In this document: piece after piece, positions 46,833 through 57,135 of the stretch
Position numbering within the stretch: the first letter of the stretch is position 1
How the letters are laid out: each line of letters begins with the position of its first letter
From: an uncultured Myxococcales bacterium
Lineage (GTDB): Bacteria > Myxococcota_A > UBA9042
Length of the DNA stretch: 64,000 nucleotides
Assembly (NCBI GenBank): GCA_903924465.1
Contig: CAIYBN010000039.1
Span: 14,256-78,255 of the forward strand
Direction of reading: 5' to 3'
Translations under genes and position numbers: made by a program
Notes under the pieces: generated by a model
What the model was told of the DNA's origin: nothing
Seen by the model: only the letters and a program-made list of their open reading frames with translations
Database searches by the model: none

Positions 46833-47642
46833 TCAGCCCTCCTCGGGGTGCGACATTTGCCGCGCCGTATAGCCAATGGGTTGGCGATCGCCTTCGTAGC
46901 CGATCAACTTCCAGCCCGCTTGCTCGAAGTTGCCGCCATACACCGGATCACCGTACATCGCTTCAACCACATGGATATACAGTTGATTGACAAAGTCTGC
47001 GTCGGCCGCGCCCAGCAACCCGGAGACCGCGTCGCGATCCGCCACCGCCAGTCCCTTGCCCAAGGTCTTTTGCGCCAGTGCGTCCAACGTATCCAACCCC
47101 GTGTTGTACTGCGTCTGCAGACCGGTAACCGGGCCATTCCACTCGCGTTCCGGCTTGCCGTTCGACCCTTCCAGGTACGTGCGCCAGCGCAGCGTTTCCA
47201 CACGTGTCAGCGGCTGGAAGTGCGAAAACCCGTCCAGTCCGCCGTGCCGACCAGAAAATGGCCCACCGGCATAGATTCGCGGTGGATCAACGGAAAAGGC
47301 CCCGAGCAGTTGGTCCAGATACCACGCAGCGTGAACCTGCGTGGCGCCGGGCGATGCAGCATCACCGGGAATCAGCGCGTCAAACGCGGCCAGCAGCATG
47401 GCGTAGCGTTCGGGCGTCAGGAAAGTGCCATCCGGAACGCTCCAATTGCCAACCGTCTTCTGGACCACCTGCGTCACATCGCCAGGAACATCAACAGTTC
47501 CATCAGCTTGCGAATTGGACCCTGCGTCGTTTTCCCCTGTGGCAGCGTCGCGTCGGCAGGACACCAGTGCTGGCGCCGCCGCAAGGATCACCGCGCCTCC
47601 CAGAAAGCGACGTCTGGTCAGTGGGTTACGAGATACCGTCAT
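46833..47642 (-). CDS. Tat-signal small subunit of the gluconate 2-dehydrogenase subunit-3 family
   Basis: MTVSRNPLTRRRFLGGAVILAAAPALVSC (twin-arginine motif) on an ~270-aa protein directly upstream of the GMC flavoprotein. Start at Met110 of the track ORF (cat at 47640-47642). Confidence 0.65.
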   Translation of the reverse strand: MTVSRNPLTRRRFLGGAVILAAAPALVSCRRDAATGENDAGSNSQADGTVDVPGDVTQVVQKTVGNWSVPDGTFLTPERYAMLLAAFDALIPGDAASPGATQVHAAWYLDQLLGAFSVDPPRIYAGGPFSGRHGGLDGFSHFQPLTRVETLRWRTYLEGSNGKPEREWNGPVTGLQTQYNTGLDTLDALAQKTLGKGLAVADRDAVSGLLGAADADFVNQLYIHVVEAMYGDPVYGGNFEQAGWKLIGYEGDRQPIGYTARQMSHPEEG

Positions 47643-47761
47643 GGCCTCTCCTGGGTCCGCATTGTGGGACGAACACGCTATCTTTAGGCACGACGCGGAT
47701 CTTGGCAAGCGTCGCGCCGGCGCTGCTTGCGGGGACCCGGCCAACCCGCTACGGTCGGCGT

Positions 47762-50700
47762 ATGCCGCTGCACCTGCACCACTCCAACGCAGTGGAATCG
47801 CTCGTAACGGAGCTGGCCCGGCAGCTGCACGCGCATTGGCCCGCGGATCCGTTTGAGCCCGTCGGCATCGTCGTGGGCAGTCGCGGCATGGAGCGTTGGC
47901 TGCGGCACCAGTTGGCGACGCATCATGGCGTGGCAACCCGTCTGGACTTTCCCTTTCCCCGTCAAGCATTTGACGGCGCCGCGGCGCTGCTGTTCGGCAC
48001 GACGCAGCGGGCGGATTTCTGGAACCTGCGCGCCGATGCCCAGAGGCGCTGGCAAGTGGACGCGCTCGGGTTCGCGCTCATCACGCTGCTGCGGCAGTTC
48101 TTGTCACACGCTGACTTCGCCGCGGTGCACCGGTATTTGGGTGAAGTGCCGGGCGAAGCCGTCTCGCCGCGCGAACTGACGTTTGCCCGCCAGGTCGCGG
48201 AAACGCTGGACCGGCTGATGCATGAACGCGGGTCGGAGGCAACGCTGTGGCAAGCCGACCCGGAGCGCGCGCCGCCGCAGCACCGTTGGCTGGCGCGCCT
48301 GCTGCACGCGCTGGAAAGTCCCGAAGCGCCGAGTCCTGCGCAACAATTGGCAAACCTGCAGCGCCTGCGACCGTTGGCGACGGGTCGGCGGTTTCACATC
48401 TTTGGACTGTCGACGATGGGCCCCGGCGACGTGCAACGGCTGGATAACATCGCACGCAGCCTGAACGTCCACGTGTATGCGCTCGCACCCTCGCACGTGT
48501 GGTGGGCGGATGTGCGCACCCACGCGGAACTTCGCCTGGCCCTGCGCCGCGCGACGAACGATACCCAGCGGCGGCAAATCGAGGCGGATCTGGCGTCGCA
48601 AAATCCAGTGCTGGCCGCTCTGGGCGGGCCCAGTCGCGATTTGCAGGTGCAGTTGGAAGACATTGGCTACCTGGAGGACGAAGGCGTGTCGCGGCACGTG
48701 CCGTCGGCAGGCACCCTGTTGGGTCGGCTGCAGGCCTGGATCGCCGACGCCGCGCCGATGCCGCAGGCGGGTCCGTGGCCCGTGCAGCCCGCGGACATTT
48801 CCTTCGCCACGCATGCGGCGTTTGGTCCGACCCGTCAGGTGGAAGCGCTGCGCGATCAACTCCTGTCGCTGTTTGCCGCCGATCCGCAGTTGGAGCCGCG
48901 CCACGTGATCGTGATGACGCCGGACATCGAGACGTACGCGCCGCTGGTCGCAGCGATCTTTGCGCGGCGTGGTCTCGCGGTGGCTGTCGACTCAGCCTCG
49001 TCGGACCACGCACCGCTGTTGCCGGCCATTCCCACAGCGATCGCCGATTTGGGTCTGCGGCAAACCAACGCGCTGGCAGAAGTGCTGCTGCAGTTGCTCG
49101 CGCTGGCTGGTGAACGCGTGACCGCCGCCGCTCTGCTGGAATTGCTGACGCTGCAACCCGTGCGCGACAAGCTGGAGGTGCAGGCCGAGGACCTGGCAGA
49201 CATCCGCGAGATGATGGCAACCTCTGGAATGCGCTGGGCGTTTGACGCCACCGATCGCCATCGACACGCGGAACAGCCGGAACTGGACCAGAATACCATC
49301 CGCTTTGGCCTGGAGCGTCTGGCGCTCGGCGTGCTGATGCCCGATCCATCGGACACGCTGGACGTCGTGGCCGGAATGCCCATGCCGTTGGTGCCGGAAC
49401 CGGTGGCCGGTCGCGAGCGCATCGCGCGGCTCGGGAAGTTGATCGCGTTTGTCCGCGAGGTTCAGCACCAGTGCGTAGCCCTCGAACCGGCACGCCAGGC
49501 GGGCACCTGGTCGCGCGACCTGATCGCGGCCCTGGACCGGCTCACGATCACCACGCCTGCGCAGGCCTGGCTGCGTACCGGCGTGGTCGACATCCTGCAC
49601 GGCTTGGCGCAGGACGCCGCGCACCTCGATTTGCCGCTGTCGCGTACCGCACTGTTGCGTTGGCTTCAAGGCCGTCTGGACCTGCCGCAAAAGGGCGATC
49701 GTGCGGTGGCGAGCGCGGTGACGGTTTGCGCCCTCGAGCCGATGCGTTCGGTGCCGTTCCGTGTCGTGGCGCTGCTGGGGATGGACGACGGCAAGTTTCC
49801 GCGTGGAACGCAGGCGCCAGGCTGGGATCCGTTTGCCGACGGGCGGCGGACCGGTGAGCGCGACCGGCGGGAAATCGACCGGCATTTGCTGTTGGAGGCG
49901 TTGCTGTCGGCGCGCAGCCACTTCTGGCTGTTCTGGTCGGGCCGCGATGTGCGCACCGGCAAACGACTGCCGGCCGCGGTCCCGGTGGAGGAGTTGCTGG
50001 AGACGCTGGGGCGGCTGACGGGCCGAACGCGCGACGCGCTGGTCACCGCGCATCCGCTCCAGCCGTGGAGCCCGCAGGAATTCCGGGACGACAAGCCGCG
50101 GGGCTTTGACCACGGCCTGCTGACGGCCGCACGCACGCTCGATGCCCTGCGCCGTGGCGAGCTGGAGCCGCGCAGCGCGGGTCTTTTGGCGCGAAATGAC
50201 GCGACCTTGGCGCCGGAGCCGGAACAGCAGATGCGCATCAGCCTCGATGAACTGGCCAACGGTCTGATTGCACCGCAAAAGTTGCTGTTGCGAACCCGCA
50301 TGCAGCTGACACTCGCTGACGAGGACGCGACGCTCGAGACACGTGAACCGTTGGAACTGGATTCCCTGCGCGGCTGGGCGGAACGCGATCGCCTGCTCGG
50401 AACGCTGCTGCAGCAGGAACGCGAGGATGGAAGCCTGCTGACGCGCGCTTTTGCCCACGCTGCGGGACGCGGGGCGCTGCCCTTGCAGGCGGGGGGGCGC
50501 GCGCTGTTGGCAGAAGAACTGGCGGCGGCGCAGCGGGCGGTGCGCCGCGTTCACGAGATCGACGGGGAGGCGATCGACCAGCCAAGGGTGTCGCTCGTGC
50601 TGGCGGACGGAACGACGCTGTCGGGCGACCTGGCTCAAGTGTTTGGTCGCGACGATCACCTGCTGCTGCACTGGGTTACCGCGAGCAAACAACCGAATGA

Positions 50701-51211
50701 GAAGCTGCAGTTGCGTGCGTGGTTGGCGCTTCTGGCAGCGCAAGCCGCTGGGCTGGCTGTTGCCGCAGCACGGGTGGTCGGTGTCGACGAGAACGACAGA
50801 AAGGCCGAGCGATGGTTCGTTGCGCCGCCGCCGGAGGAAGCGAGGCGTCTTTTGAGCGATCTGGTCGCGATCTGGCGCGCCGGGCGCTGTCAGCCCCTGC
50901 CGCTTTTTGCCCGTACGTCGCCCGCTTTGGCGGACGTGCTGCTCAAGGATGCGGTCGCGCCCGCTGCAAGCCTACAGCGCGTGTTGGCCGAGAATTGGGT
51001 GGGCGATGACCACGCGAGCGGCGATGGCGACGATCCAGCCATCCTGCGGCTGTTCGGCGACGAAGCCCCGGCGGATCTGGCGCATCCGGCCGGACCGCTG
51101 AGTCTGCGCGGGCTGGCAGAACGGGTTTGGCTGCCGATGTTGGCACACGCGGTCGCGCCAGACGCTCCCGAAGTGGCCAGTTGGCTGCTGCCGTCACCGG
51201 AGGGCGCATGA
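47762..51211 (+). CDS. recC: Exodeoxyribonuclease V gamma subunit RecC
   Basis: MPLHLHHSNAVESLVTELARQL...DPFEPVGIVVGSRGMERWL is collinear with the E. coli RecC N-terminus (RVYHSNRLDVL...DPFEPEMILVQSTGMAQWL). It has an ATGA overlap with recB. Confidence 0.85.
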   Translation: MPLHLHHSNAVESLVTELARQLHAHWPADPFEPVGIVVGSRGMERWLRHQLATHHGVATRLDFPFPRQAFDGAAALLFGTTQRADFWNLRADAQRRWQVDALGFALITLLRQFLSHADFAAVHRYLGEVPGEAVSPRELTFARQVAETLDRLMHERGSEATLWQADPERAPPQHRWLARLLHALESPEAPSPAQQLANLQRLRPLATGRRFHIFGLSTMGPGDVQRLDNIARSLNVHVYALAPSHVWWADVRTHAELRLALRRATNDTQRRQIEADLASQNPVLAALGGPSRDLQVQLEDIGYLEDEGVSRHVPSAGTLLGRLQAWIADAAPMPQAGPWPVQPADISFATHAAFGPTRQVEALRDQLLSLFAADPQLEPRHVIVMTPDIETYAPLVAAIFARRGLAVAVDSASSDHAPLLPAIPTAIADLGLRQTNALAEVLLQLLALAGERVTAAALLELLTLQPVRDKLEVQAEDLADIREMMATSGMRWAFDATDRHRHAEQPELDQNTIRFGLERLALGVLMPDPSDTLDVVAGMPMPLVPEPVAGRERIARLGKLIAFVREVQHQCVALEPARQAGTWSRDLIAALDRLTITTPAQAWLRTGVVDILHGLAQDAAHLDLPLSRTALLRWLQGRLDLPQKGDRAVASAVTVCALEPMRSVPFRVVALLGMDDGKFPRGTQAPGWDPFADGRRTGERDRREIDRHLLLEALLSARSHFWLFWSGRDVRTGKRLPAAVPVEELLETLGRLTGRTRDALVTAHPLQPWSPQEFRDDKPRGFDHGLLTAARTLDALRRGELEPRSAGLLARNDATLAPEPEQQMRISLDELANGLIAPQKLLLRTRMQLTLADEDATLETREPLELDSLRGWAERDRLLGTLLQQEREDGSLLTRAFAHAAGRGALPLQAGGRALLAEELAAAQRAVRRVHEIDGEAIDQPRVSLVLADGTTLSGDLAQVFGRDDHLLLHWVTASKQPNEKLQLRAWLALLAAQAAGLAVAAARVVGVDENDRKAERWFVAPPPEEARRLLSDLVAIWRAGRCQPLPLFARTSPALADVLLKDAVAPAASLQRVLAENWVGDDHASGDGDDPAILRLFGDEAPADLAHPAGPLSLRGLAERVWLPMLAHAVAPDAPEVASWLLPSPEGA

Positions 51212-54200
51212 GCACGACGCTGCCCACCTGGACTGGTCGCGAGCCGCTGCCGGACACGCAAACGCTGTTGCTGGAAGCCAGCGCAGGAACCGGAAAGACC
51301 TGGCAAATCGCCCACTTGGTGACGCGGCTCGTGGCTGAAAAGGCCATGCCGATTGAGCGGATTCTGGTCATCACCTTCACCAACGACGCCGCTGCCGAAT
51401 TGCGGGATCGCGTACGCGCCCGCCTGATCCTGGCGCGCGACGCGCTGGCCGATGACGCACGCCCGTCGGATGACCCGCTGCTGGCGATCTGGCAAGTTCG
51501 CGCGGACAAAGCGGATATGCGGTTGCGGCTGGCGACGGCGTACTCGACGTTCGATCTGGCGCCGATTTCGACGATTCACGGTTTTTCGCAGCGCATGCTG
51601 ACGCAACTGGCATTCGAGTCAGGTCAGGAAGCGGGGCTGACGTTGCTGGCGGATGTGCAACCGCTGCTGGACGAATGGGTCGCCGACGAACTCGCGCGGA
51701 TTTACGCAGCGACCGATGAGGCCCAAGTGGCGACGGCGACCGCCTTGGGCTGGAACCGCCAGGATCTGGAGACGTTGGCCAAGTCGGTGACCGGGGCGGT
51801 CATGCCCCGGGTGCTTCCTCAGCTTTCGGCGCCGCTTTCGCCGATCGAGGCGGTGAGGCAGTGGCATGCCGCCGTGACCGCGATGACGGCTTGGCTGGAT
51901 GGCCCGAGTGGTCAGGCAGCGTTCGCGGCGTTGCGGCTGGAAATTGAAGCCAAACGCGGGCGGTTGGATGGCCGCAAGGTGGGCGGCCGGCACGCCAGCG
52001 ACTATTGGGCCAGTCTGCGCGACTGGCTCGCCCGCGGTGGGCCGCGCGACGAACGGGCGGGATCGCGGGCACCGGCGTGGACACAGGCCTACACGATGGC
52101 GACGCTGCGCGCTGTCTGGAGAGGGTCGGAAGCTGTCGCGCATTTTGCCGCCACGCCGCTCTTCACGGCGTACACGGATCTCGTCGCGTTCCAGGAAATG
52201 CTGTGGCCACAGCCGCGCGCGCATGCGGCGCAACGTGCGCGCGCCCACGTGGAGGCAGAACTCCAGCGGCTCGGCGTGCTGACGTACGACGCGATGCTGT
52301 CGCGGTTGGCCGAGCGCGTCATGGAAGAAGGGCCGCAAGGTGCGCTGGCCTTGGCCATTGGGCGGCGCTACGACGCCGCGCTGGTGGACGAGTTCCAGGA
52401 TACTGACAGCGCGCAGTGGACCGTCCTGCAGGCCGCCTTTCAGGCCGCGCACAAGCCCTTGCTGCTCATCGGCGATCCCAAACAGGCGATTTACGGCTTT
52501 CGCGGTGCGGACGTGCACGTGTACATGTCCGCGGTTGCGTCGGGTGGAATGGCGATGCAGCGCGCAACGATGCGGCAAAACTGGCGCTCCGATCCCGGCT
52601 ATGTCGCGGCGATGAACCACTTCTGGCGCGAGGGGTCGGATGCATTCGCGGTACCGCGGGACGCGACATCGGGAGAACCGGCTTTTGACTACGTGGCAGT
52701 TGCAGCGGCCAAGGACGGCGCGGCAATGCGCGTGGCCACGAAAGCCGGAAGCGACGCCGGGACACGGACGCCGTTGGCGATTCGCTGGTTTGACGCCGCG
52801 GTGCAACCGGCTACGGAAGCTGGGAAGATTGGCTCGCGCAGCCGGGGCGAAGATCTGGCGGCGCTGCTGTGTGCACGCGAGGCCTGTGCCTTGCTCGAAA
52901 CGGCGCGGCTGCACGCCGAGAAGGAAGTCGCGCGTCCGCTGCGGCCGGGCGATATCGCGGTGCTCGTGGGGACCGGCAAGCAGGCACGCAAAGTGCAACG
53001 GGCACTCGGGCGGCTGGGGATTGCGTCCGTGTCTGCCGGGCGGCGAAGCGTCTTTGCCAGCCCGGTGGTCTCGTGGCTGCTCGCGTGGCTGGACGCGGTC
53101 GCGGCGCCTGGGCGGGGTGGACAAGCGCGGACGTTGGCGACGACGCCTCTCATCGGCTGGACGCTGCGGGAACTCGACGAGGCGCTGCTGGCGAACGAAG
53201 CGCCGGAGCCTGCGGCGGCGGTGGCACGCACGGGGCACGACTGGACCGCGTGGATGATGCAAATCACCGAGTGGGCCGAAAAATGGCCAGGGCAAGGCTT
53301 TGTGCGTGTTTTTGAAAGCGCGCTTGACCACACGCAAGCGCTGGAGCGGCTGCTGGCGGGGGTGGACGGCGAGCGACTGGCGACGGACCTTCGCCACCTG
53401 ACGGAGCTGTGTCATGCCGAAGAGCGGCGGACGCGCCTGAGTCCGGGCGGCCTGGCGGCTTGGCTGCGGGCGCAAGTGCTTCAGGCGCGCCGACAACCGA
53501 ACGACGAGCAATCGCTGCGGCTGGAAAGCGACGCCGCGGCGGTGCAAATCGTGACGGTGCACGCGAGCAAGGGGCTGGAGTATCCGGTGGTGCTGCTGCC
53601 GTTTGTCTGGGCCGAGAACGGTGGCACGGCGCGCGGCAACGAACCGGTCAAGTTCCACGATCCGCAGGGTGTCGTGTGCCTGGAGATGGCGCCACCGCAC
53701 AGTGAAGCGCGCAGGGCGGCGGAAGCGGTCCAGCAGTCGGAGGTTCGCCAGGAGCAGCGTCGGCTGTTGTACGTCGCACTGACACGCGCGCGGCACCACT
53801 GCGTGGCGTGGCTGGCGCCAGCGGGCGAGGGCGGCGGCGATCCGGCGGGAAGCGCCTTCGCGACCTTGGCCTTGCGGTCCCGACCCAATGCTGCGGATGC
53901 GCCGCTGCCGACGCTCAAGAGCCCGACCAAGGCGAGTCCGCCCGATGCGTATCGGACGGCGGTCGCCGCGTGGCACCAGCGCTTGACCCATTTGGCCGAC
54001 ACCTCGGAAGGGCAAATCGCTTGGCATGTCGAGTCGGCCCTGTCGGACACCCCGCCCTCGGTGCAGGTGAAGCCCGATGCCGTGACGCCGCTTGCCGCGC
54101 AGCACTGGCCAGTCGAGCGGAAGCTGGCGACGCCGTGGCTGGTGACGAGCTATTCCGCGTTGGCCGAGGGGCGAACGCTGGACGACGCCGCGCCGACGGG

Positions 54201-55197
54201 CGATTGGGAACCGGGCCAAGGGTCGGAACCATCGGCGGGTCTGCTGGCGGCCCAACCCGTCCCCGCTGTGGCGCGGCAAACGCAGCTGGAGGACGACGAC
54301 TTTGCCCCGTCGCCGGAGCCCGCGCAGCCCACGCGCACCCAGGCGGTCGCGCTCGCGACGCTGCCCGGAGGGACCGACGTGGGACAATGGGTGCACGCGT
54401 TGATGGAACACCTGGACTTTCAGGCCTGCGCGGGCAAGGAGGCAGGCGTGCTGACGGAGTTGGCTCCGCTGCTTGCCACGCGCGCGGGCGTGCCATTTGG
54501 TCCCCTGCACGCACCGTTGCTGACCGCCCTGCCCGCAGTCCTGGCCACGCCGTTGGGCGGCGGTGCGACGCAGTTGCCGCGCGATTTCAGTCTGCGCCAG
54601 TTGTCGCCCGCCGATCGCGTGGACGAGCTGCATTTCGACCTGTCGCTGGCGGGAGGTGCGGATTGGCAGGCGCATCTGCCGTGTGTCCAGCCGCTGGCGA
54701 TCCAGGCGGCGCTCGCGCAGCGCCTGACAGACACCGCGTGGGATGGCCTGCCCTGGCTGCAGAAAGTGCACGACGCATCGCCGTTCCCGGAAATGGCCGG
54801 CGTGCTGACGGGCTCGATCGACCTGGTGATGCGCGTCGACGGCCGGTATTTCATCGCGGATTACAAGACGAACAAGATCGTGTCGCAGCACAACCGGCAG
54901 CTTTGCTTGCGTGGTCATTACGCCCGCGACTGGCTGGCATGGGACATGGGGCGTCACGGCTACCATTTGCAGGCGCTGTTCTACACCCTGGCGCTGCACC
55001 GCTATTTGCGCGAGCGGCTGGTCGGATACGCCTACGACGTCCACATTGGCGGCCACCTGTACCTGTACCTCCGCGGCATGGAAGGCCCGGACGCGCTGCA
55101 GGACAACGGTCAAGCGTTCGGCGTGTACACGGACCGTTGGCCCAAAGAAGTCGTGCTGGCGCTGGACGCCGCGCTGGCTGTCCGGGAGGGCGCATGA
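51208..55197 (+). CDS. recB: Exodeoxyribonuclease V beta subunit RecB (UvrD-type helicase plus PD-(D/E)xK nuclease)
   Basis: LLLEASAGTGKTWQIAHLVTRL (Walker A), and a C-terminal nuclease motif GSIDLVMRVDGRYFIADYKTNKI. It has an ATGA overlap with recD. Confidence 0.9.
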   Translation: MSTTLPTWTGREPLPDTQTLLLEASAGTGKTWQIAHLVTRLVAEKAMPIERILVITFTNDAAAELRDRVRARLILARDALADDARPSDDPLLAIWQVRADKADMRLRLATAYSTFDLAPISTIHGFSQRMLTQLAFESGQEAGLTLLADVQPLLDEWVADELARIYAATDEAQVATATALGWNRQDLETLAKSVTGAVMPRVLPQLSAPLSPIEAVRQWHAAVTAMTAWLDGPSGQAAFAALRLEIEAKRGRLDGRKVGGRHASDYWASLRDWLARGGPRDERAGSRAPAWTQAYTMATLRAVWRGSEAVAHFAATPLFTAYTDLVAFQEMLWPQPRAHAAQRARAHVEAELQRLGVLTYDAMLSRLAERVMEEGPQGALALAIGRRYDAALVDEFQDTDSAQWTVLQAAFQAAHKPLLLIGDPKQAIYGFRGADVHVYMSAVASGGMAMQRATMRQNWRSDPGYVAAMNHFWREGSDAFAVPRDATSGEPAFDYVAVAAAKDGAAMRVATKAGSDAGTRTPLAIRWFDAAVQPATEAGKIGSRSRGEDLAALLCAREACALLETARLHAEKEVARPLRPGDIAVLVGTGKQARKVQRALGRLGIASVSAGRRSVFASPVVSWLLAWLDAVAAPGRGGQARTLATTPLIGWTLRELDEALLANEAPEPAAAVARTGHDWTAWMMQITEWAEKWPGQGFVRVFESALDHTQALERLLAGVDGERLATDLRHLTELCHAEERRTRLSPGGLAAWLRAQVLQARRQPNDEQSLRLESDAAAVQIVTVHASKGLEYPVVLLPFVWAENGGTARGNEPVKFHDPQGVVCLEMAPPHSEARRAAEAVQQSEVRQEQRRLLYVALTRARHHCVAWLAPAGEGGGDPAGSAFATLALRSRPNAADAPLPTLKSPTKASPPDAYRTAVAAWHQRLTHLADTSEGQIAWHVESALSDTPPSVQVKPDAVTPLAAQHWPVERKLATPWLVTSYSALAEGRTLDDAAPTGDWEPGQGSEPSAGLLAAQPVPAVARQTQLEDDDFAPSPEPAQPTRTQAVALATLPGGTDVGQWVHALMEHLDFQACAGKEAGVLTELAPLLATRAGVPFGPLHAPLLTALPAVLATPLGGGATQLPRDFSLRQLSPADRVDELHFDLSLAGGADWQAHLPCVQPLAIQAALAQRLTDTAWDGLPWLQKVHDASPFPEMAGVLTGSIDLVMRVDGRYFIADYKTNKIVSQHNRQLCLRGHYARDWLAWDMGRHGYHLQALFYTLALHRYLRERLVGYAYDVHIGGHLYLYLRGMEGPDALQDNGQAFGVYTDRWPKEVVLALDAALAVREGA

Positions 55198-57098
55198 GCC
55201 TCCGCCTGCTGCACCCGGAACTGGCGGACCGCGTGGCGGCGTTTGTTCCAGCCATCCTCCAGCCGACGGACGTGCTACTCGTCGACCTGGTGGCACCGCG
55301 TTTTGGCGAAATCCGGCCGGATGTGCTGCTGGCGCTGGCGTTGGCGGTCCGCGGGCCTCGGGCCGGCCAAGTCGGTGTCGATCTGCTGACGGTGGCGCAC
55401 ACGCTGGACGATGAACGTCCCACGCAGTTGGGTCCCGAGACGCAACCGGTCTGGCCCAGCGACAGGCTGCTGTGGCAAGCGCAGACCCTGGCGTCAACGA
55501 TGGTGGGACCGCCGGAAGCGCAGACGCCGTTTGTGGCCCAGCACCTGCGGACGGGGCAAGTGCTGGTCATGACCCGGCGGATGTGGCAGGAGCAGGTGCT
55601 TCTGGCGCAGCAGGTTTTGGCGCTGGCGGTTCCAGTGCCAGACGCGCTGCCGCCTGACGTCGTGGAAGCCGGCCTGGCCAAGCTCCAGCTGACGGGCGAA
55701 GCGGCGGATGCGGTGCGTATGGCGTTGGCGCGGCGGCTGACCGTCGTCACCGGCGGACCGGGCACGGGCAAAACGTTCAGTATCAAACGGCTGCTGGCGC
55801 TGTTGCTGGAGTACGACCACGGCGATCGGCCGATCCAGATTCAGCTGGCGGCGCCAACGGGCAAGGCTGCGGTGCGGATGGCCGAGGCGATCCAGGAACA
55901 GCTGGAGGAACTGCCGGGCGTGTCGGAACACACACGCGACCGCCTGGCCCAACTGGTGCCGCGCACGCTGCACAAGCTGTTGGGGATGCGGCCGGACGGC
56001 GGCGCGCGGTTCCATGCCGACCATCCGCTCGACGTCGACGTGCTCGTGGTCGATGAGGCGTCCATGGTCGACCTGACGCTGATGCGGCGTGTGTTGGACG
56101 CCGTGCCGCCACACGCGCGGCTGATCCTGCTGGGCGACCGCGATCAACTGGCGAGCGTGGAAGCGGGCACCGTGCTTGCGGATCTCATCGCCGGCGCGCT
56201 GGAGATCAACACGGATGCGTCCTCGCCGCTGCGGCAATCGGTCGCGCGCTTCTCCAAATCGCTGCGTTTTGCCCAGGCGCCGACCATCGGCCAGCTGGCG
56301 ACGCTGCTGCAGCGCGGCGACAAGGCGAGCGAACTGGACGCGCTGGCATTGCTCAACGGCGACGCGCCCCTGCCAGACGCGGAAACACTGCCGAACCGGG
56401 TGCAACGCATCGGCTCGCCGGACAAGGGGCGACCGAGCGTGGCGCAGTTGAATCGCCTCGCCGCGCCCTACCGACAGGGCTATGTCGCGGTTTTGCGGCA
56501 AGCGATGGACGCGCACGGAAAATATGGAATCGCCTTGCAAGATCCTGCATTTCATCTGGAATTGCTGACCGCATTTGCGTCCTACCGCATCCTGGCCGTG
56601 CATCGCCTCGGCCCGCTGGGCGTGTCGGGTCTGGAACGCGCGATGGCCGAACGCGTGCGCACCGAACTGGGCGACGACTTGCCCAGTCAGTCGGGATTTT
56701 GGCTTGGCCAGCCGCTGCTCGTGACGGAAAACGCGTACGACGTGGCGCTGATGAATGGCGACATCGGTCTGGTGCTGCCGACCGCAGAGGGCCTGCAAGC
56801 CGTGTTTGCCCAAACGGTCGCCGGGACGCAGCGGACCAGAGCCGTGCCGCTCGCGCGCTTGCCGCAGGTCATGGGCGCGCTGGCGATGACCGTGCACAAG
56901 AGCCAAGGCTCGCAATTTGAACGGGTTGCGTTGGTGCTGGCCGACCGTGACTCGCCGATCCAGACGCGAGAGTTGGTCTACACGGGGATCACGCGGGCGA
57001 GCGGACGGCTGGACTGGCTGGGCACGCCCGAACGGATGGCGGCGGCGCTCGCGCGGCGGGTCCAGCGCGCCTCCGGGCTGGCGGATCTGCTGCGTTGA
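55194..57098 (+). CDS. recD: Exodeoxyribonuclease V alpha subunit RecD
   Basis: VVTGGPGTGKTFSIKRLL (Walker A), VLVVDEASMVDL (Walker B) and an SF1 helicase C-terminus. Confidence 0.85.
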   Translation: MSLRLLHPELADRVAAFVPAILQPTDVLLVDLVAPRFGEIRPDVLLALALAVRGPRAGQVGVDLLTVAHTLDDERPTQLGPETQPVWPSDRLLWQAQTLASTMVGPPEAQTPFVAQHLRTGQVLVMTRRMWQEQVLLAQQVLALAVPVPDALPPDVVEAGLAKLQLTGEAADAVRMALARRLTVVTGGPGTGKTFSIKRLLALLLEYDHGDRPIQIQLAAPTGKAAVRMAEAIQEQLEELPGVSEHTRDRLAQLVPRTLHKLLGMRPDGGARFHADHPLDVDVLVVDEASMVDLTLMRRVLDAVPPHARLILLGDRDQLASVEAGTVLADLIAGALEINTDASSPLRQSVARFSKSLRFAQAPTIGQLATLLQRGDKASELDALALLNGDAPLPDAETLPNRVQRIGSPDKGRPSVAQLNRLAAPYRQGYVAVLRQAMDAHGKYGIALQDPAFHLELLTAFASYRILAVHRLGPLGVSGLERAMAERVRTELGDDLPSQSGFWLGQPLLVTENAYDVALMNGDIGLVLPTAEGLQAVFAQTVAGTQRTRAVPLARLPQVMGALAMTVHKSQGSQFERVALVLADRDSPIQTRELVYTGITRASGRLDWLGTPERMAAALARRVQRASGLADLLR

Positions 57099-57135
57099 CT
57101 GACTTCTGAGCGGCGGGCAGACTCCGAAGTCGTGA

